DNA of 63,648 bases, counting the filler. It is 8 parts of 8 records of this genome, joined end to end, with 100 filler letters (N's around TTAATTAATTAA, not from the genome) between each part and the next. Parts side by side here need not be neighbours in the genome. Positions count along the whole stretch, not along the records: positions 31,023 to 43,199 come from SRR31156797_68654; positions 43,300 to 49,013 come from SRR31156797_68751; positions 49,114 to 56,431 come from SRR31156797_68772; 5 more parts are not named here. One strand, 5' to 3'. Below, in pieces: positions 39,873-52,310 of this stretch (the first letter of the stretch is position 1; each line of letters starts with the position of its first letter). Under the pieces are notes generated by a model. That model ran no database searches. It saw nothing but the letters and a program-made list of their open reading frames with translations, and was not told the origin of the DNA. Both the position numbers and the translations under genes were made by a program.

Positions 39873-42542
39873 ATGAAACAACAGATATACCTTATAGATG
39901 GGAGCGCCTACCTATACCGCGCTTTCCACGCCATCCGAAGCCTGTCCACATCAGCGGGAATCCCCACCAATGCGACCTTTGGCTTTACCCGGATCATCCT
40001 GAAACTGATCAAGGAGAAACAGCCCGAGAATGTGGCCGTATTCTTTGATGTCAAAGGCCCCACCTTCCGCCACGACATGTACGAAGAATACAAGGCCAAC
40101 CGGCCGCCCATGCCGGAGGAGCTGGGCCAGCAGATCCCCTACATCAAGGAGGTGGTCAAGGCCCTCAACATCCCCATCGTGGAAAAAACGGGGTTTGAGG
40201 CGGACGACCTCATCGGCACCTATGCCCGGATTGCGGAGGAGAAGGGGTTTGAGGTGGTCATGGTGACCGGAGACAAGGATTTCATGCAGCTTGTCACGGA
40301 CAATGCCGTAATCTGGGACCCCATGAAGGAGGAGGTGATCGACAAGGACGCGGTTTTCAATAAACTCGGCCTCACCCCGATCCAGGTGATCGACATGCTG
40401 GGCCTTGCCGGAGACACCGCCGACAACATCCCGGGCGTTCCCGGGGTCGGGCCCAAGACGGCCCAGAAGCTCCTCGCCGAGCACGGAAACGTGGAGGGGA
40501 TCTACGAAAACCTTGAATCCCTCCGCTCAAAAAAAGCCCTCTACGCAAAACTGTCCGACAACCGGGAACAGGCGTTCCTGAGCCGGGATCTTGTGGCCAT
40601 TGACAGGAACGTTGAAGTGGACACCTCCCTGGAGGAGTTCAAGATCTCCCCCTTTGACGATGAGCGCCTGGCGGAAATCTTCAAGGAGCTCGAGTTCACC
40701 AAGCTCTACCAGGAGTTCAGGAAAAAACAGGAACCCGTGGAAAAAGAATATGTCCTGGTGACGGAGATGGACAAGCTGAAAGCCCTTGTAAAAGACCTTG
40801 AAAAGGCGGGCATCTTCAGCATCGACACCGAGACCACCTCAAAGCACCCCATGCACGCAAAACTTGTGGGCATCTCGGTGGCGTACAAGGAACACCAGGC
40901 GTTTTACATTCCCGTGGGCCACACCAGCTGTCCGGACCAGCCCGATTGCGCGGAGGTGCTTGAAACAATGAAGCCCCTCCTGACAAACCCGGAGATCAAA
41001 AAGATAGGCCAGAACATCAAATACGACTACATCGTATTGGCAAGGCACGGCGTTGAGATGCAGGGGCTCTGGTTCGACACCATGATCGCCTCCCACCTGC
41101 TGAATCCCGCCCAGCGGGGCCACAGCCTGGATAAAATCGCCATGGATCTTCTGGACCACAAGACCATCAAGTACGAAGACGTAACCGGCAAGGGAAAGGC
41201 CCAGATCGGGTTTGAAGCGGTGGAGATGGACAAGGCCCTGGACTATGCGGCAGAGGATGCCGACATCACCTTCCTGTGCTACACCATCCTGGAAAAACGG
41301 CTTGAAGAAGCCGAGCTTCTCTCCCTGATGAACGATGTTGAGATGCCCCTTGTACGGGTGCTTGCGACCATGGAGATGAACGGGATCAAGGTGGATACCG
41401 ACGAGCTGATCGCCCTGTCAAAGGAGTTCGATCAGGAGCTCAGCACCCTTGAGACCGATATCCATGCCCTGGCGGGAGAGGAGTTCAACATCAACTCCTC
41501 AAAGCAGCTCGGCACCATCCTGTTTGAGAAACTGCTGCTGCCGGTAAAGAAAAAAACCAAGAAAAAGACAGGGTACTCCACGGATGTGGAGGTGCTCACC
41601 CAGCTTGCGGAGCACCATGAGCTGCCGGAAAAGGTATTGCGGTACAGGTCCGTCGGAAAGCTCAAGTCCACCTATTCAGACGCCCTCCAGGAGCTTGTCC
41701 ACCCGGAGACAGGCAGAATCCACACCTCCTTCAACCAGGCGATCACCGCCACGGGAAGACTATCCAGCTCAGATCCCAACCTCCAGAACATCCCCATCAG
41801 AACGGAAGAGGGAAAACGGATCAGGGAGACGTTTGTACCCAGGGAAGGACATACCCTGATTGCGGCGGACTACTCCCAGATCGAGCTGAGGCTCCTTGCC
41901 CACCTGGCCGACGACGAAATTCTTATCGAGGCATTCAACAATGACGAGGATATCCATACAAGAACCGCCGAAGAGGTGTTCCAGGCACTCCCGGGATTCA
42001 TCACCCCGGATCTGCGGCGCCAGGCAAAGGCCATCAACTTCGGCATCGTGTACGGCATGGGCGCCTTCAAGCTTGCCAAAGACCTGGACATCTCAAGAAA
42101 GATGGCGCAGACCTATATCGACTCCTACTTTGCACGGTATGCTGGGGTAAAAAAGTTCATTGACACGACCATCGAGAAGGCAAGGGAGACCGGAGAGGTG
42201 ACCACCCTGCTGGGAAGGAAGCGGCGGTTGAACGATATCAACGCATCCAACGGAAACCTGAGGAAATTTGCGGAGCGGGCCGCCACGAACACACCGGTCC
42301 AGGGCAGTGCCGCCGACCTGATCAAACTTGCCATGATCAACATGGACAGGCTCCTGACCGAGAAGAAGCTCAAGTCAAAGATGCTCCTCTCCGTCCATGA
42401 CGAGATCATATTTGAGACCCCCCTGGAAGAGAAGGAGGAGATCATGGCCCTTGCCAAGGCAAGCATGGAGAGCGTGTTTGACCTGAAGGTCCCACTGAAG
42501 GTTAACATCGACGCTGGTGACAACTGGGCCGAAGCCCATTAG
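39873..42542 (+). CDS. polA: DNA polymerase I
   Basis: YLIDGSAYLYRAFHA 5'-3' exonuclease, DTETT 3'-5' exonuclease, ADYSQIELR, KAINFGIVYG, VHDE. Confidence 0.98.
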   Translation: MKQQIYLIDGSAYLYRAFHAIRSLSTSAGIPTNATFGFTRIILKLIKEKQPENVAVFFDVKGPTFRHDMYEEYKANRPPMPEELGQQIPYIKEVVKALNIPIVEKTGFEADDLIGTYARIAEEKGFEVVMVTGDKDFMQLVTDNAVIWDPMKEEVIDKDAVFNKLGLTPIQVIDMLGLAGDTADNIPGVPGVGPKTAQKLLAEHGNVEGIYENLESLRSKKALYAKLSDNREQAFLSRDLVAIDRNVEVDTSLEEFKISPFDDERLAEIFKELEFTKLYQEFRKKQEPVEKEYVLVTEMDKLKALVKDLEKAGIFSIDTETTSKHPMHAKLVGISVAYKEHQAFYIPVGHTSCPDQPDCAEVLETMKPLLTNPEIKKIGQNIKYDYIVLARHGVEMQGLWFDTMIASHLLNPAQRGHSLDKIAMDLLDHKTIKYEDVTGKGKAQIGFEAVEMDKALDYAAEDADITFLCYTILEKRLEEAELLSLMNDVEMPLVRVLATMEMNGIKVDTDELIALSKEFDQELSTLETDIHALAGEEFNINSSKQLGTILFEKLLLPVKKKTKKKTGYSTDVEVLTQLAEHHELPEKVLRYRSVGKLKSTYSDALQELVHPETGRIHTSFNQAITATGRLSSSDPNLQNIPIRTEEGKRIRETFVPREGHTLIAADYSQIELRLLAHLADDEILIEAFNNDEDIHTRTAEEVFQALPGFITPDLRRQAKAINFGIVYGMGAFKLAKDLDISRKMAQTYIDSYFARYAGVKKFIDTTIEKARETGEVTTLLGRKRRLNDINASNGNLRKFAERAATNTPVQGSAADLIKLAMINMDRLLTEKKLKSKMLLSVHDEIIFETPLEEKEEIMALAKASMESVFDLKVPLKVNIDAGDNWAEAH

Positions 42543-42549
42543 CGGCCGG

Positions 42550-42723
42550 TTACTCTTCCTTGGCCGAGGCTTTTTCCACGCTGTTTTGGACCGTCTCTGA
42601 AATGGTTGCGTGTACATCCCTGAAGGATTCATGCACGCTTGCAGGAGAAAGCCTCCCCATCTCAATAAACTTCACCACTATCTCTTTAGTCGCCCGTAGT
42701 ATTTGTTCATCCATTGATTTCAT
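42550..42723 (-). CDS. Small conserved hypothetical protein
   Basis: MDEQILRATKEIVVKFIEMGRLSP, recalled as a small-protein type seen in Desulfobacterota. Confidence 0.65.
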   Translation of the reverse strand: MKSMDEQILRATKEIVVKFIEMGRLSPASVHESFRDVHATISETVQNSVEKASAKEE

Positions 42724-42863
42724 GGGTGAGGAGATATCACACAAGGGTTGACAAGGTCAATGGCTGTCCATTATTTTGTTGCCATGTTTATTAAGATGAT
42801 TATTATATTCGGATTCTTGCTAAACCAACCAATAACCCCTAACGTCGTAAGGACAAATCCTGC

Positions 42864-43199
42864 ATGGATACAATAGAAGCCACAAATTCCGAGGTGATCG
42901 ACCACATCTCCTGCAACGGAAAAGAGATAACTTTAATCAGCACGGCCCATGTCTCCAAGGAGAGTGCCAAGCTTGTCACCGATGTGATCGAGAGCGAACG
43001 CCCGGATACGGTATGCGTGGAACTCTGCCCGACCCGGCTTCGCTCCATCAGGAACAAGGAAGAGTGGCGCAACATGGACATCGTCAAGGTGATCCGGGAG
43101 AAAAAGGCCCTGCTGCTGCTCATGAACCTCATGCTTGCCTCGTTCCAGAAACGGATCGCAACCAAGTTCGATATCAAACCGGGCCAGGAAATGATCAAT
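42864..43199 (+). CDS. TraB/GumN (PrgY) family protein, 3'-truncated
   Basis: LISTAHVSKES..PDTVCVELC..KPGQEM. Confidence 0.85.
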
Positions 43200-43299
43200 N
43201 NNNNNNNNNNNNNNNNNNNNNNNNNNNNNNNNNNNNNNNNNNNTTAATTAATTAANNNNNNNNNNNNNNNNNNNNNNNNNNNNNNNNNNNNNNNNNNNN
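43200..43299. other. Artificial contig linker
   Basis: 44 N + TTAATTAATTAA + 44 N. Confidence 0.98.
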
Positions 43300-43301
43300 C
43301 A

Positions 43302-46300
43302 ATTACCTATTCAGTTGGGGGTGGAGGAAGTGGTGCCGGTGTTAGCGGACTTCCTGCCGGGCTAAGTGCTTTTTATTCAGGTGGTACGTATACCATTAGT
43401 GGTACTCCAACCGAATACGGAATTTTTAACTATACAGTTACAACTACCGGTAACCTTTGTACTCCGGCAACAGCTAACGGACAAATCGAGGTTGGCACAC
43501 AAATAACACATTCTGCATCAGTTACTGTTCCTATCGATTGTTATGGTTCAACAGCCACCGTTGAAATAAGTGCTGCCGGAGGTATTGGAGCGCATTCTTT
43601 TACTTTTAACGGAGAAACAAATTCTACCGGAATATTTACCGGAGTATATGCCGGAACCAATCTTCAGTATGAAATAACTGATGGCAATAGTTGTGGCCCT
43701 GTTTACGGTACCATTACCGTTGATGATGCTCCGGTTTTAAGCGCAACAACCACGGCAAGCCAAATGCTTTGTAACGGAGGTACGCCTAGCGGAGAGATTG
43801 AGGTTTCGAACCCGGTTGGAGGAAGCGGAGACTATGAAGTTTCTGTTGATGGCAGTAACTGGTATTCTGTTTCTACTGCTTCGCCTTATTCCTTCACCGG
43901 ACTGGCTGCCGGAAACTATTTTGTTGAAATCCGTGATCCAAATGCCAGCGGAACCTGTGTTGTTTCCTTGTCGGGCGTAAGCATTACCGAACCACCTGTT
44001 TTAAATACCGGAATAACCGCCACAGCTATTTTATGTTATAACGGAACTTCTGACGTTCAGATTAGTGCTTCAGGCGGAACGCCCGGGTATACCTACACTT
44101 TTGATGGTAGCCCCGATCCGGGAAACGACGGATTGCTTACAACTACTGCCGGAGTTTACCAATGGAAAGTGACCGATAGTAACGGTTGTGCCGATAGTAG
44201 TACGATTAGCATTACACAACCTACAGAGATAGCGGATTTAACCTTAAGCCCTGATACCGCAGTCTGCGAGGGGGGTACGGTTAATTTGCGTGCCTCAACA
44301 AGTGGAGGTACGGCACCCTTAACTTACAATTGGACCGGACCAAATGGTTATGCTGCAAATAATACACAAAATCCGGTTATACCTAATTTTAGTGACATAG
44401 GCGATTATGTCGTTACAGTGCTCGATGACAATGGTTGTAGTATAAGGGATTCGGTTGAGGTTATTATCAATCCATCACCGGATGTTATTGTTGTTAATAA
44501 TAATTCGGAATTCTGTTCAGGTGGAGATACCGATATTCAACTTTCAAGTTCTGTAACAGGTACTACCTTTACCTGGACGATTGATAGTACTGGTGTTTCC
44601 GGAGCTGTCGTATCAGCTACACCCTCAAATACAATAAGTCAGACTTTAACTGCTACCGGCGATGAACCGGGAACAGTTACTTATACTATAACACCAAGGG
44701 CAAACGGATGTGATGGAGAATCAGAAGAGGTTATAGTTACGGTTAACCCTGAAGTTGAACTAACAGTTACAAATAATGTGCCTGTAATTTGTACGAATGG
44801 ATATTGGGATTTCGTAGGAGGATGGGGTGGTGGTTGGGTTTGGATTGTTACTGGAACATCTGCAGATGTAAATATCAACCTGAACAGCAATGTTGCAGGA
44901 ACAACATTTCATTGGGACTACGCTGATGGAACTACTGGTTCAGGAAATAGCATTACGGAATACATTGAGAGTACTCACATTTACACTATATATGCAGAAG
45001 CTAATGGATGTTATAGTGATACATTTGAAACAAGGGTTGAAGTAATAGAAGAAAATATTGATTTGGAGGTTCATATTTCGGGCTCTTATGATACAACTTT
45101 TTGCCCTGGTGGGAACTTTTTAGTTAATTTTTACGGTGGTGAGTCGGGTAGTTGGAGTGATGGATGGGGGAGTTTTGTGACGTATTATGAATGGGAAACA
45201 AAGTTTCTATATACGGTAAGTAATCCGAATATTGTAGTTTCAGTTGATACTGATTCAATTGACGATGGAACTTCAGGTTCTCCAGCTAGCCTAAATATTC
45301 CATTAATTAACACTACCAATGAAGTCCAAACAGCGATAGTTAGTATTGTCCCATGGGCGTATTTAAGGAGTCAAGAGTGTAGGCGGTCCGGTGGATGGGG
45401 AGGATCTTGGAATTGCGGTGATTGGACGGAATGGGAAAAACTTTGTGCCGGTAATCCTTATGAAATTGAAATAACTGTTCAGCCATATACTCTTGTTTGT
45501 GGAGATGATACAACAATTTATTCGCCTGTTGACGATTGTGAAGCAAATTTCTTTAAAGACAATACTTATGATTTAGTAACCACATGTGCTTCTTCTGCTA
45601 CAACCATTAATTGGGATTTAGCTGGTGCTACCTCAACGGGTTCAACCCAGAGTGGAGATATCAATACGGATTTTAACTTCGGACAAACCACTATATCTCT
45701 AACCTCAAACGATCCCAATAATTCAGGAGATTCAATAAGAACCTGCTCTTTCGACGTAACAGTGCTCGATACGGTAAGCCCAACCATTAATTGCCCGGCC
45801 GGCGATACTACCATTTACGCAACAGCCGGTCTTTGTGGTGCTAATTATAATTTCGATCATATTCAAGCCAATGATAATTGCTCGGTGAATAGTTTTAGTC
45901 AAATCCAGGGACCGGGAAGCGGAACACTTTTCCCCATAGGAACAACTACTTTAAGTTTTTATGCCGATGATGCCGCCGGAAATAGCACCACATGTAGTTA
46001 CGATGTAATTGTTCTCGATACCATTTCGCCAACAATAACCTGCATTGGCGATACTACGGTTTGTGCCGAAGCAGGTATGGATTATACCAATGTGGGCGCA
46101 GGATGGGATGCAAGTGTCTCGGATAACTGCACAGGCGAAACAGTTGCCTATGTGGTTGATGGAACTCCTGTTGGATCTACCTTAAACAACGTGGTATTTA
46201 GTTTAACTGGTTCGCCTCATACGGTTGTGGCAACTGCTACCGATGCCAATACAAATACAAGCTCGTGTCAATTCCAGGTTACAGTTAACGAAAAACCTGC

Positions 46301-49013
46301 TATTACAAGTAATCCCGTTGGAGGAGATGTTTGTTTTGGAGCATCGCATACTTTTACCGCTGCTGCCAGCGGAACACCTGCCCCCACATTTCAATGGCGA
46401 AAAGATGGTGCAAACTTAAGCGATGATACCAATCATTCGGGATCGGCAACTGCATCGTTAACAATTGTAAATCTTGATGCTTCGCACATTGGCGACTACG
46501 ATGTGGTAGTAAGCAACGATTGTGGTTCTTCCACTTCTTTACCTGCAGCATTAAGTGTTTCAACCGAGCCTTATATTACACAACAACCGGTTAATCAAAG
46601 CAATTGTACGGGCGAAGATGTAATATTCTCTGTTGTGGCCAGTGGTGGTGTTACCACTTCCGACTATACCTATCAATGGGAAATTTGGAATTCGGGAAAC
46701 AGCGATTGGGATGTAACGGGAACCAATAGTAATACCTTATCAGTTACCAATATTGCTACTGTTGATAACGGAAACCAATATCGCGTTCGAATTGAAGATG
46801 ATTGCGGGAACCGCGATACCTCCGGTGTGGCAACATTAACCGTAAACGAAATGGATAATTCTGCCGGAATGGTTACGGTTAGTTTATGCGAAGGCGAATC
46901 AACAACATTTACAGCAGCTACTGCAGGTTCAACACCCGACTCATATGAATGGCAAAAAGACGGGGTTGTTATCAGCGGCGAAACAGCGCAAACCCTGGTG
47001 TTAAGCAATGTTACACTGGCAGATAGCGGAGTATATGCTGCCAGTGCCATTTTTACCATAAATGCAGGATCGACCTGCCAAACCGATACCGTAAATGTTG
47101 GGCGACTAATTATGGACGATGGGCCTGAGATTGTTGCATCTCCTGCTGCTCAGGAAGTGTGTTCCGATGCCTCTTTTTCCATCAACCTGTCAAATACTGA
47201 AGATCCTGGCAATCTAAATACTACTTACACATGGACACGTTCAAATAATCCTGAGCTTTCGGGAATGTTATTAAGCGGTAGTGGCGAAACTATTTCGGGG
47301 ACATTTACAAGCAGTGATCCTTCGGGCATGTATACTATTGAGTTTTATGTTACCGCAACAGCCAATGGTTGCGAATCGCTCGATACCGTAACTGTAAGTG
47401 TTGGCGATACCCTTGCTCCGGTAATAAGTAGTGTTTGTCCGGCAGATATTTCAATATCAACCAGTCTTTCCAATTGTAATTCTGTAGTAACTTATGTTAC
47501 TCCTGTTTATAGTGACAACTGTGATTCAGGAGTATTACCCGGAACCTTGGTTGAAGGGTATGCATCGGGGGCAACTTTCCCCTTTGGTCTTACTACCGTA
47601 AAATATATTTATGAAGATGCTGCCGGAAATGTTTCCGACACTTGTTCATTTACGGTTACTATCAACGATAATATTGCTCCAAATCCGGCATGTGCCGATA
47701 TAAGTGTTCAGCTGGATGAGTTTGGCCTGGCCGGAATTTTGGTTTCAGATATCGATAACGGATCTTCTGATGCTTGTGGAATTGACACCATGTTCCTGGA
47801 CAGTACCAGCTTTGATTGTTCAGAAATTGGTGCAAACACGGTCACCCTTACTGTCCGCGATTTATATGGAAACGATTCAACTTGTACCGCAACCGTTACT
47901 GTTGCCGATACGGTAAAACCGGAAGCCCTGTGCCAAAATACGACCTTATATATTAATGCAGGAGGTACTGCCTCAATTACAAGCGCTGACATTGATGATG
48001 GCAGTTCCGATGCCTGTGGTATTGCGTCATTAACTCTTTCAGAAACGAATTTTGATTGCACAAATATTGGTTCAAATACGGTTACACTAACAGTTACTGA
48101 TAATAATTCCAATGTTGAAACTTGCCAGAGTGTAGTAGCAGTATTGGATACTACCGGGCCACAAGTCAACTGTAACGATATTACGGTCTATTTAGATGCT
48201 TCCGGAAGTGCAAATATTACTGCGGCTGATATTGATAATAGCAGCTCAGATATTTGTGGATTAGATACCATGTTGCTTGATATTTATTCGTTTTCGTGCA
48301 GCAACCTTGGGGATAATACCGTGGAACTTACCGTTGAAGATGCCAACAGTAATTCGGCAGTTTGTTCAGCTAGTGTTGAAGTGCTGGATACCATATCTCC
48401 GATAGCATCCTGTAAGGATACAACCATACAACTCGATGCTTCCGGGAATGCCACGATTACAGCTAACCAATTGGATGCCGGAAGCTCCGACAACTGCGGA
48501 ATAGCTTCAATCGTAATTGATTCAACTGATTTTGATTGCACAGAATTGGGGGTTAATACGGTAACATTAACAGTTACGGATAACCAGGGTAATAGCTCAA
48601 CTTGTACATCTTTGGTAACGATTGCCGACGATGATAATGAAGTGGATATTACGGTGAGCGATGTGTCGCATTCCACAATTGATTGTTTTGGAGATTCGGC
48701 TACGGTTACCATAACAAGCTCAGGAGGCGTTGGTACTTTAATTTATACTTTGGGCACCTTCTCAAATAATACAGGTGTTTTCAATAATATCCCGGCACAA
48801 AATGGCTATGCATGGACTGTTTCTGATGCATTAGCTTGCAGTTCTCAGTCGGGAACAATTGATGTGGTGCAACCGGGAGAACTTACGGCAAACATTGCCT
48901 TAACCGATGTTACCTGCTCTTCGGGTAACGATGGTATCATTACTGTAATTGGTTCTTCCGGTGGATCAGGTGATTATGAATATCAGTTGTTAAGTACTGT
49001 AGAAAACCGTACA
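43302..49013 (+). CDS. Fragment (open at both ends) of a giant Bacteroidota-type surface adhesin with SprB, PKD-like, HYR and Ig repeats
   Basis: One frame spans the whole contig; SprB-like C.G..G.I..SGG..Y.Y; HYR DT.SP.I.CP..GT.FP.GTT; Ig TFQWRKDG; tandem LDASG.A.I..IDNGSSD.CG repeats. Confidence 0.9.
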
Positions 49014-49113
49014 NNNNNNNNNNNNNNNNNNNNNNNNNNNNNNNNNNNNNNNNNNNNTTAATTAATTAANNNNNNNNNNNNNNNNNNNNNNNNNNNNNNN
49101 NNNNNNNNNNNNN
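49014..49113. other. Artificial contig linker
   Basis: 44 N + TTAATTAATTAA + 44 N. Confidence 0.98.
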
Positions 49114-49961
49114 TTCATGGGGGTGCGGATTTCGTGGCTCATGGCAGCCAGAAATTGAGATTTAGCCCGGGTTCCTTTAGCTGCTTCTACGGCCATGGCC
49201 TCTGATTTGGCAATGGCCTTGACCAGTTTATGGTTGGCACTTTCAAGTTCGTGGGTCCGCTCCTGAACATTGACCTCAAGGTTTTTATAGAGGCTTTCCA
49301 GATTGCGGCTCATGTGGTTGAAGTTAAGGGCCAGAATTCCGATTTCATCCATGCGTGAACCAACATTCACGGTAACAAATTTACGGCGGGCAATCTTTCT
49401 GGTGTTATTTGCCAGCATCCGTAGCGGGGAGATCAGGATTCGCTGAAAAAAGGCGTCCAGCGCAATAATGGTGCAGAGCATACAGGCTGTGAAGAGGATA
49501 GTCAGGCTGATTGTGTTCTCGCGGATTTCATTCCTGACTTGATCCAGTTTCATGCCGATTTCAACTCTTCCTATATGTTCTTGTCCGTTGATGATCGGCT
49601 TGGATACAATTAGTACGTCTGCTCCGTATGAAGGTTTGTTTTTAGAAATATGGGATTTGGATACGATATTTCCCGACTGCAGGATGGGGTTTCCCTCGCG
49701 GTTGTAAATTTCGCAGAAGGCCACTTGCGGGGACTGTTCTATGGAAAGGGCAAGGTCTTCGATAAGGAAGAAACTGAAACGGGGCAGGTATTCCGCACAT
49801 GAGCGTGCAGCAAGGGATGCTATTCGGTTGCCGTGCTCATAGAGACTGTCTTCAAGCAGTCTCTTTTGAGAATCGACAATATAATATCCCAGCATGAAAA
49901 AGAAGAGCAGCAGGATCAGGCCGGTGCCTATAGATATCTTAAAACGTAAGCTGTCCTTCAT
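49114..49961 (-). CDS. Membrane sensor histidine kinase (HAMP, HisKA), 3'-truncated
   Basis: Two TM helices, HAMP DEIGILALNFNHM, H-box FLAAMSHEIRTPM. Confidence 0.9.
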
Positions 49962-50012
49962 TCCAGTACAATAACCATTTTTGAATTTTCCTTGGGGCGG
50001 TCCGCAGGTATT

Positions 50013-51002
50013 TTATTTGGGATCTTCCCGGTATTGGACCTTGATTTTGCCGTTTATTATTTTGTTTCTGATATCGTCTACTTTTTTCAGCACACCAGCA
50101 GGAATCTTGTCTCGAGTGTACTTCATTTCACTCAAACCAACGCCGTTTTGCTTTAAACCATAGCTGGTGGGGCCGGATTTGAATTCTCCCTGCATAACGG
50201 CTTTCAGCTCATTGTAAGCCGCCACATCCAGTTTTTTGATCATGCTGGTCAAGACAAAGCCTTTGGCCAGTGAGTCCTGATCTGAATCAACACCGATAGC
50301 GTATTTGCCGCTGCGTCTGGCTGCTTCAATTACACCGTTACCGGTAAGGCCTGCAACGGTGAAAATAATATCCGCTCCTTCTTTGTATTGACCCATGGCT
50401 ACATTGTAACCCTTAGCAGGGGCATTGAATCCGGAAAAGTCACCCAGCGGGGTCAGATAGGATACTTCGACTTTAATTTCAGGAACAGCATATTTTGCAC
50501 CGTCAACATAGCCTTGTTCGAATTTACGGACCGGTGGAACAGGGGTCGCGCCGATGAAACCTATCTTTCCGGTCTTGCTGGTCAGTGCGGCTAGTGCTCC
50601 GGCTAGAAAGGAGCCTTCTCCCTGTTCAAAAAAGACCGAAGATACATTTTCCATTCCTTCCAATGGGACTTCGCTGATGATGAATTTTTTGTTTGGATAT
50701 TTCGGAGCGGTGTCTCTTACCAGTTCCGCATGTTGGGCACCTACAAGAATAAGTATATCTGACTGTCTAATGAGGTTGGTAAAATCATCTAGCCTGGACT
50801 CGCCGTCTATTTCCGGCTCAAGGATGATCAATTTGAAATTGAATTCCTGTTGCGCCCTGCGGATTCCGCCATAAGACATGTCATTAAAGGAGAGATCTCC
50901 AAGGCCTGAGGCTCCGGTAACAAAGCCGACTACAGGCTGGTCCGCCCAAGTGGTTCCCATTGTAGTAAATAAGAATAAAATTGCGACAAAGACTTTTTTC
51001 AT
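50013..51002 (-). CDS. BMP-family (PnrA/Med-like) substrate-binding protein
   Basis: GLGDLSFNDM, EGSFLAGALAAL, AIGVDSDQ, LTSMIKKLD. Confidence 0.9.
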   Translation of the reverse strand: MKKVFVAILFLFTTMGTTWADQPVVGFVTGASGLGDLSFNDMSYGGIRRAQQEFNFKLIILEPEIDGESRLDDFTNLIRQSDILILVGAQHAELVRDTAPKYPNKKFIISEVPLEGMENVSSVFFEQGEGSFLAGALAALTSKTGKIGFIGATPVPPVRKFEQGYVDGAKYAVPEIKVEVSYLTPLGDFSGFNAPAKGYNVAMGQYKEGADIIFTVAGLTGNGVIEAARRSGKYAIGVDSDQDSLAKGFVLTSMIKKLDVAAYNELKAVMQGEFKSGPTSYGLKQNGVGLSEMKYTRDKIPAGVLKKVDDIRNKIINGKIKVQYREDPK

Positions 51003-51165
51003 AATAACCCCGGATTAATGAAAACTGTGCTGGTCGGCAATGAACATGCCTTTAAGAACTGTCTCTTTTGTTAGAAGTATCGTCTATAGAGCCTAACTTA
51101 ATATAAAAGTTTAATTTATAAAAGGTTATTTCCACAAGCTTTGTATATGTCTTTTCAGCGAAGAA

Positions 51166-51194
51166 ATCCCGGCAAAATGAATTTTTGCCGGGAT
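51166..51194 (-). terminator. Probable terminator after the EamA gene
   Basis: atcccggcaaaa / ttttgccgggat inverted repeat. Confidence 0.6.
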
Positions 51195-51219
51195 CGAGAA
51201 GTAATTGCGGATAATAATA

Positions 51220-52167
51220 TTAGTTTTTTTGCTTTAACAGTGAACCGGGTGGGAAAACGAGAAGGGATTTCCAGTTAATCTTCCCACCAATCTGGGCCAA
51301 ACCGACTCCAGCGAAGATGACTGCTGAGGCCAGCAGTTGTGAAAAATTAAGGGTTTCACCCAACAGGAACCAGCCGAAAAAAGCTGCAATGGCCGGGACG
51401 AGGTTGATGAAGGCCGAGGCTTTGCCTGCGGGCAGGCGGCTCATGCCGACGTTGTAAAGTCCAAATGCACCGAGGGTAACGAAGGCTCCGAGATATCCAG
51501 CCACTATGATGACGTGCAGCGGGTCCGGGCCGAGACCGTCCCGGACGAGCAGATACATTCCTGGAAGGAAAAATATGCAGCCGGCACTGTTCTGGACTGC
51601 GGTTAGAGTCCATGGTCCGTAGCTGGCGGAGAGTCTTTTGACCAGCAGCATATATCCGGCAGCGCAGATCATGGCGAGAAGTTCCAGCATATTGCCTAGT
51701 GCCGGGTTTGAGCCGTTGCCGGACGGATTGCCGCTTAAGGTTAGGACTGCAACTCCGAGCATGGAGAGAGCCAGCCCAATCCATCCGGAGAGGGTTGTTT
51801 TTTCTTTGAAAAAGAATCCTGCTCCGGCTGAGACCATCAGTGGCAGGGAGGCGGAGATCAGTCCAGCTTGTGTGGCGGTGGTGAATGTTAGGGCATAGGA
51901 TTCTGAGAGAAAGTAAAGGCAGGGCATAAACAAAGCCATGACGGCAAGTGCGAATCGATCCTTTCCTTTTTTAATCGGACCAGCCAGACGCGGAATGAAG
52001 GGGGTGAGTATGAGGGTGGCTATTCCCGTGCGCATCCACATGACGGCCCATGGATTCAAGTCTCCTACAAGATGTTTCATTGCAGCGAAAGAGCTGCCCC
52101 AGAGCAGGACCGCTGCCAGTATAGAAAATACAGGAATTATAGTTGTGTTCGGTTTGGTCGCGTTCAT
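51220..52167 (-). CDS. DMT/EamA family transporter
   Basis: LLWGSSFAAMK, about 10 TM helices, FINLVP..LLGE. Confidence 0.9.
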   Translation of the reverse strand: MNATKPNTTIIPVFSILAAVLLWGSSFAAMKHLVGDLNPWAVMWMRTGIATLILTPFIPRLAGPIKKGKDRFALAVMALFMPCLYFLSESYALTFTTATQAGLISASLPLMVSAGAGFFFKEKTTLSGWIGLALSMLGVAVLTLSGNPSGNGSNPALGNMLELLAMICAAGYMLLVKRLSASYGPWTLTAVQNSAGCIFFLPGMYLLVRDGLGPDPLHVIIVAGYLGAFVTLGAFGLYNVGMSRLPAGKASAFINLVPAIAAFFGWFLLGETLNFSQLLASAVIFAGVGLAQIGGKINWKSLLVFPPGSLLKQKN

Positions 52168-52310
52168 AATTTTCTCCTTAAAAAGAAAAGTATCCGCTTA
52201 CTTAATCACGGTCTTGGAAAATATTGCTCTTGGATGATGGTGAAAAAAATAATGGAAATGATGATTTGAATATGTAGGTGTTTTCTTGTAGCGAAAAGGA
52301 GGCAGTGCAT

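Noticed and set aside
42864-43199. TraB-family gene as evidence of a conjugative element
   Set aside because: TraB/PrgY/GumN is a protease-like family commonly found on chromosomes; no other tra genes, and it lies next to polA.
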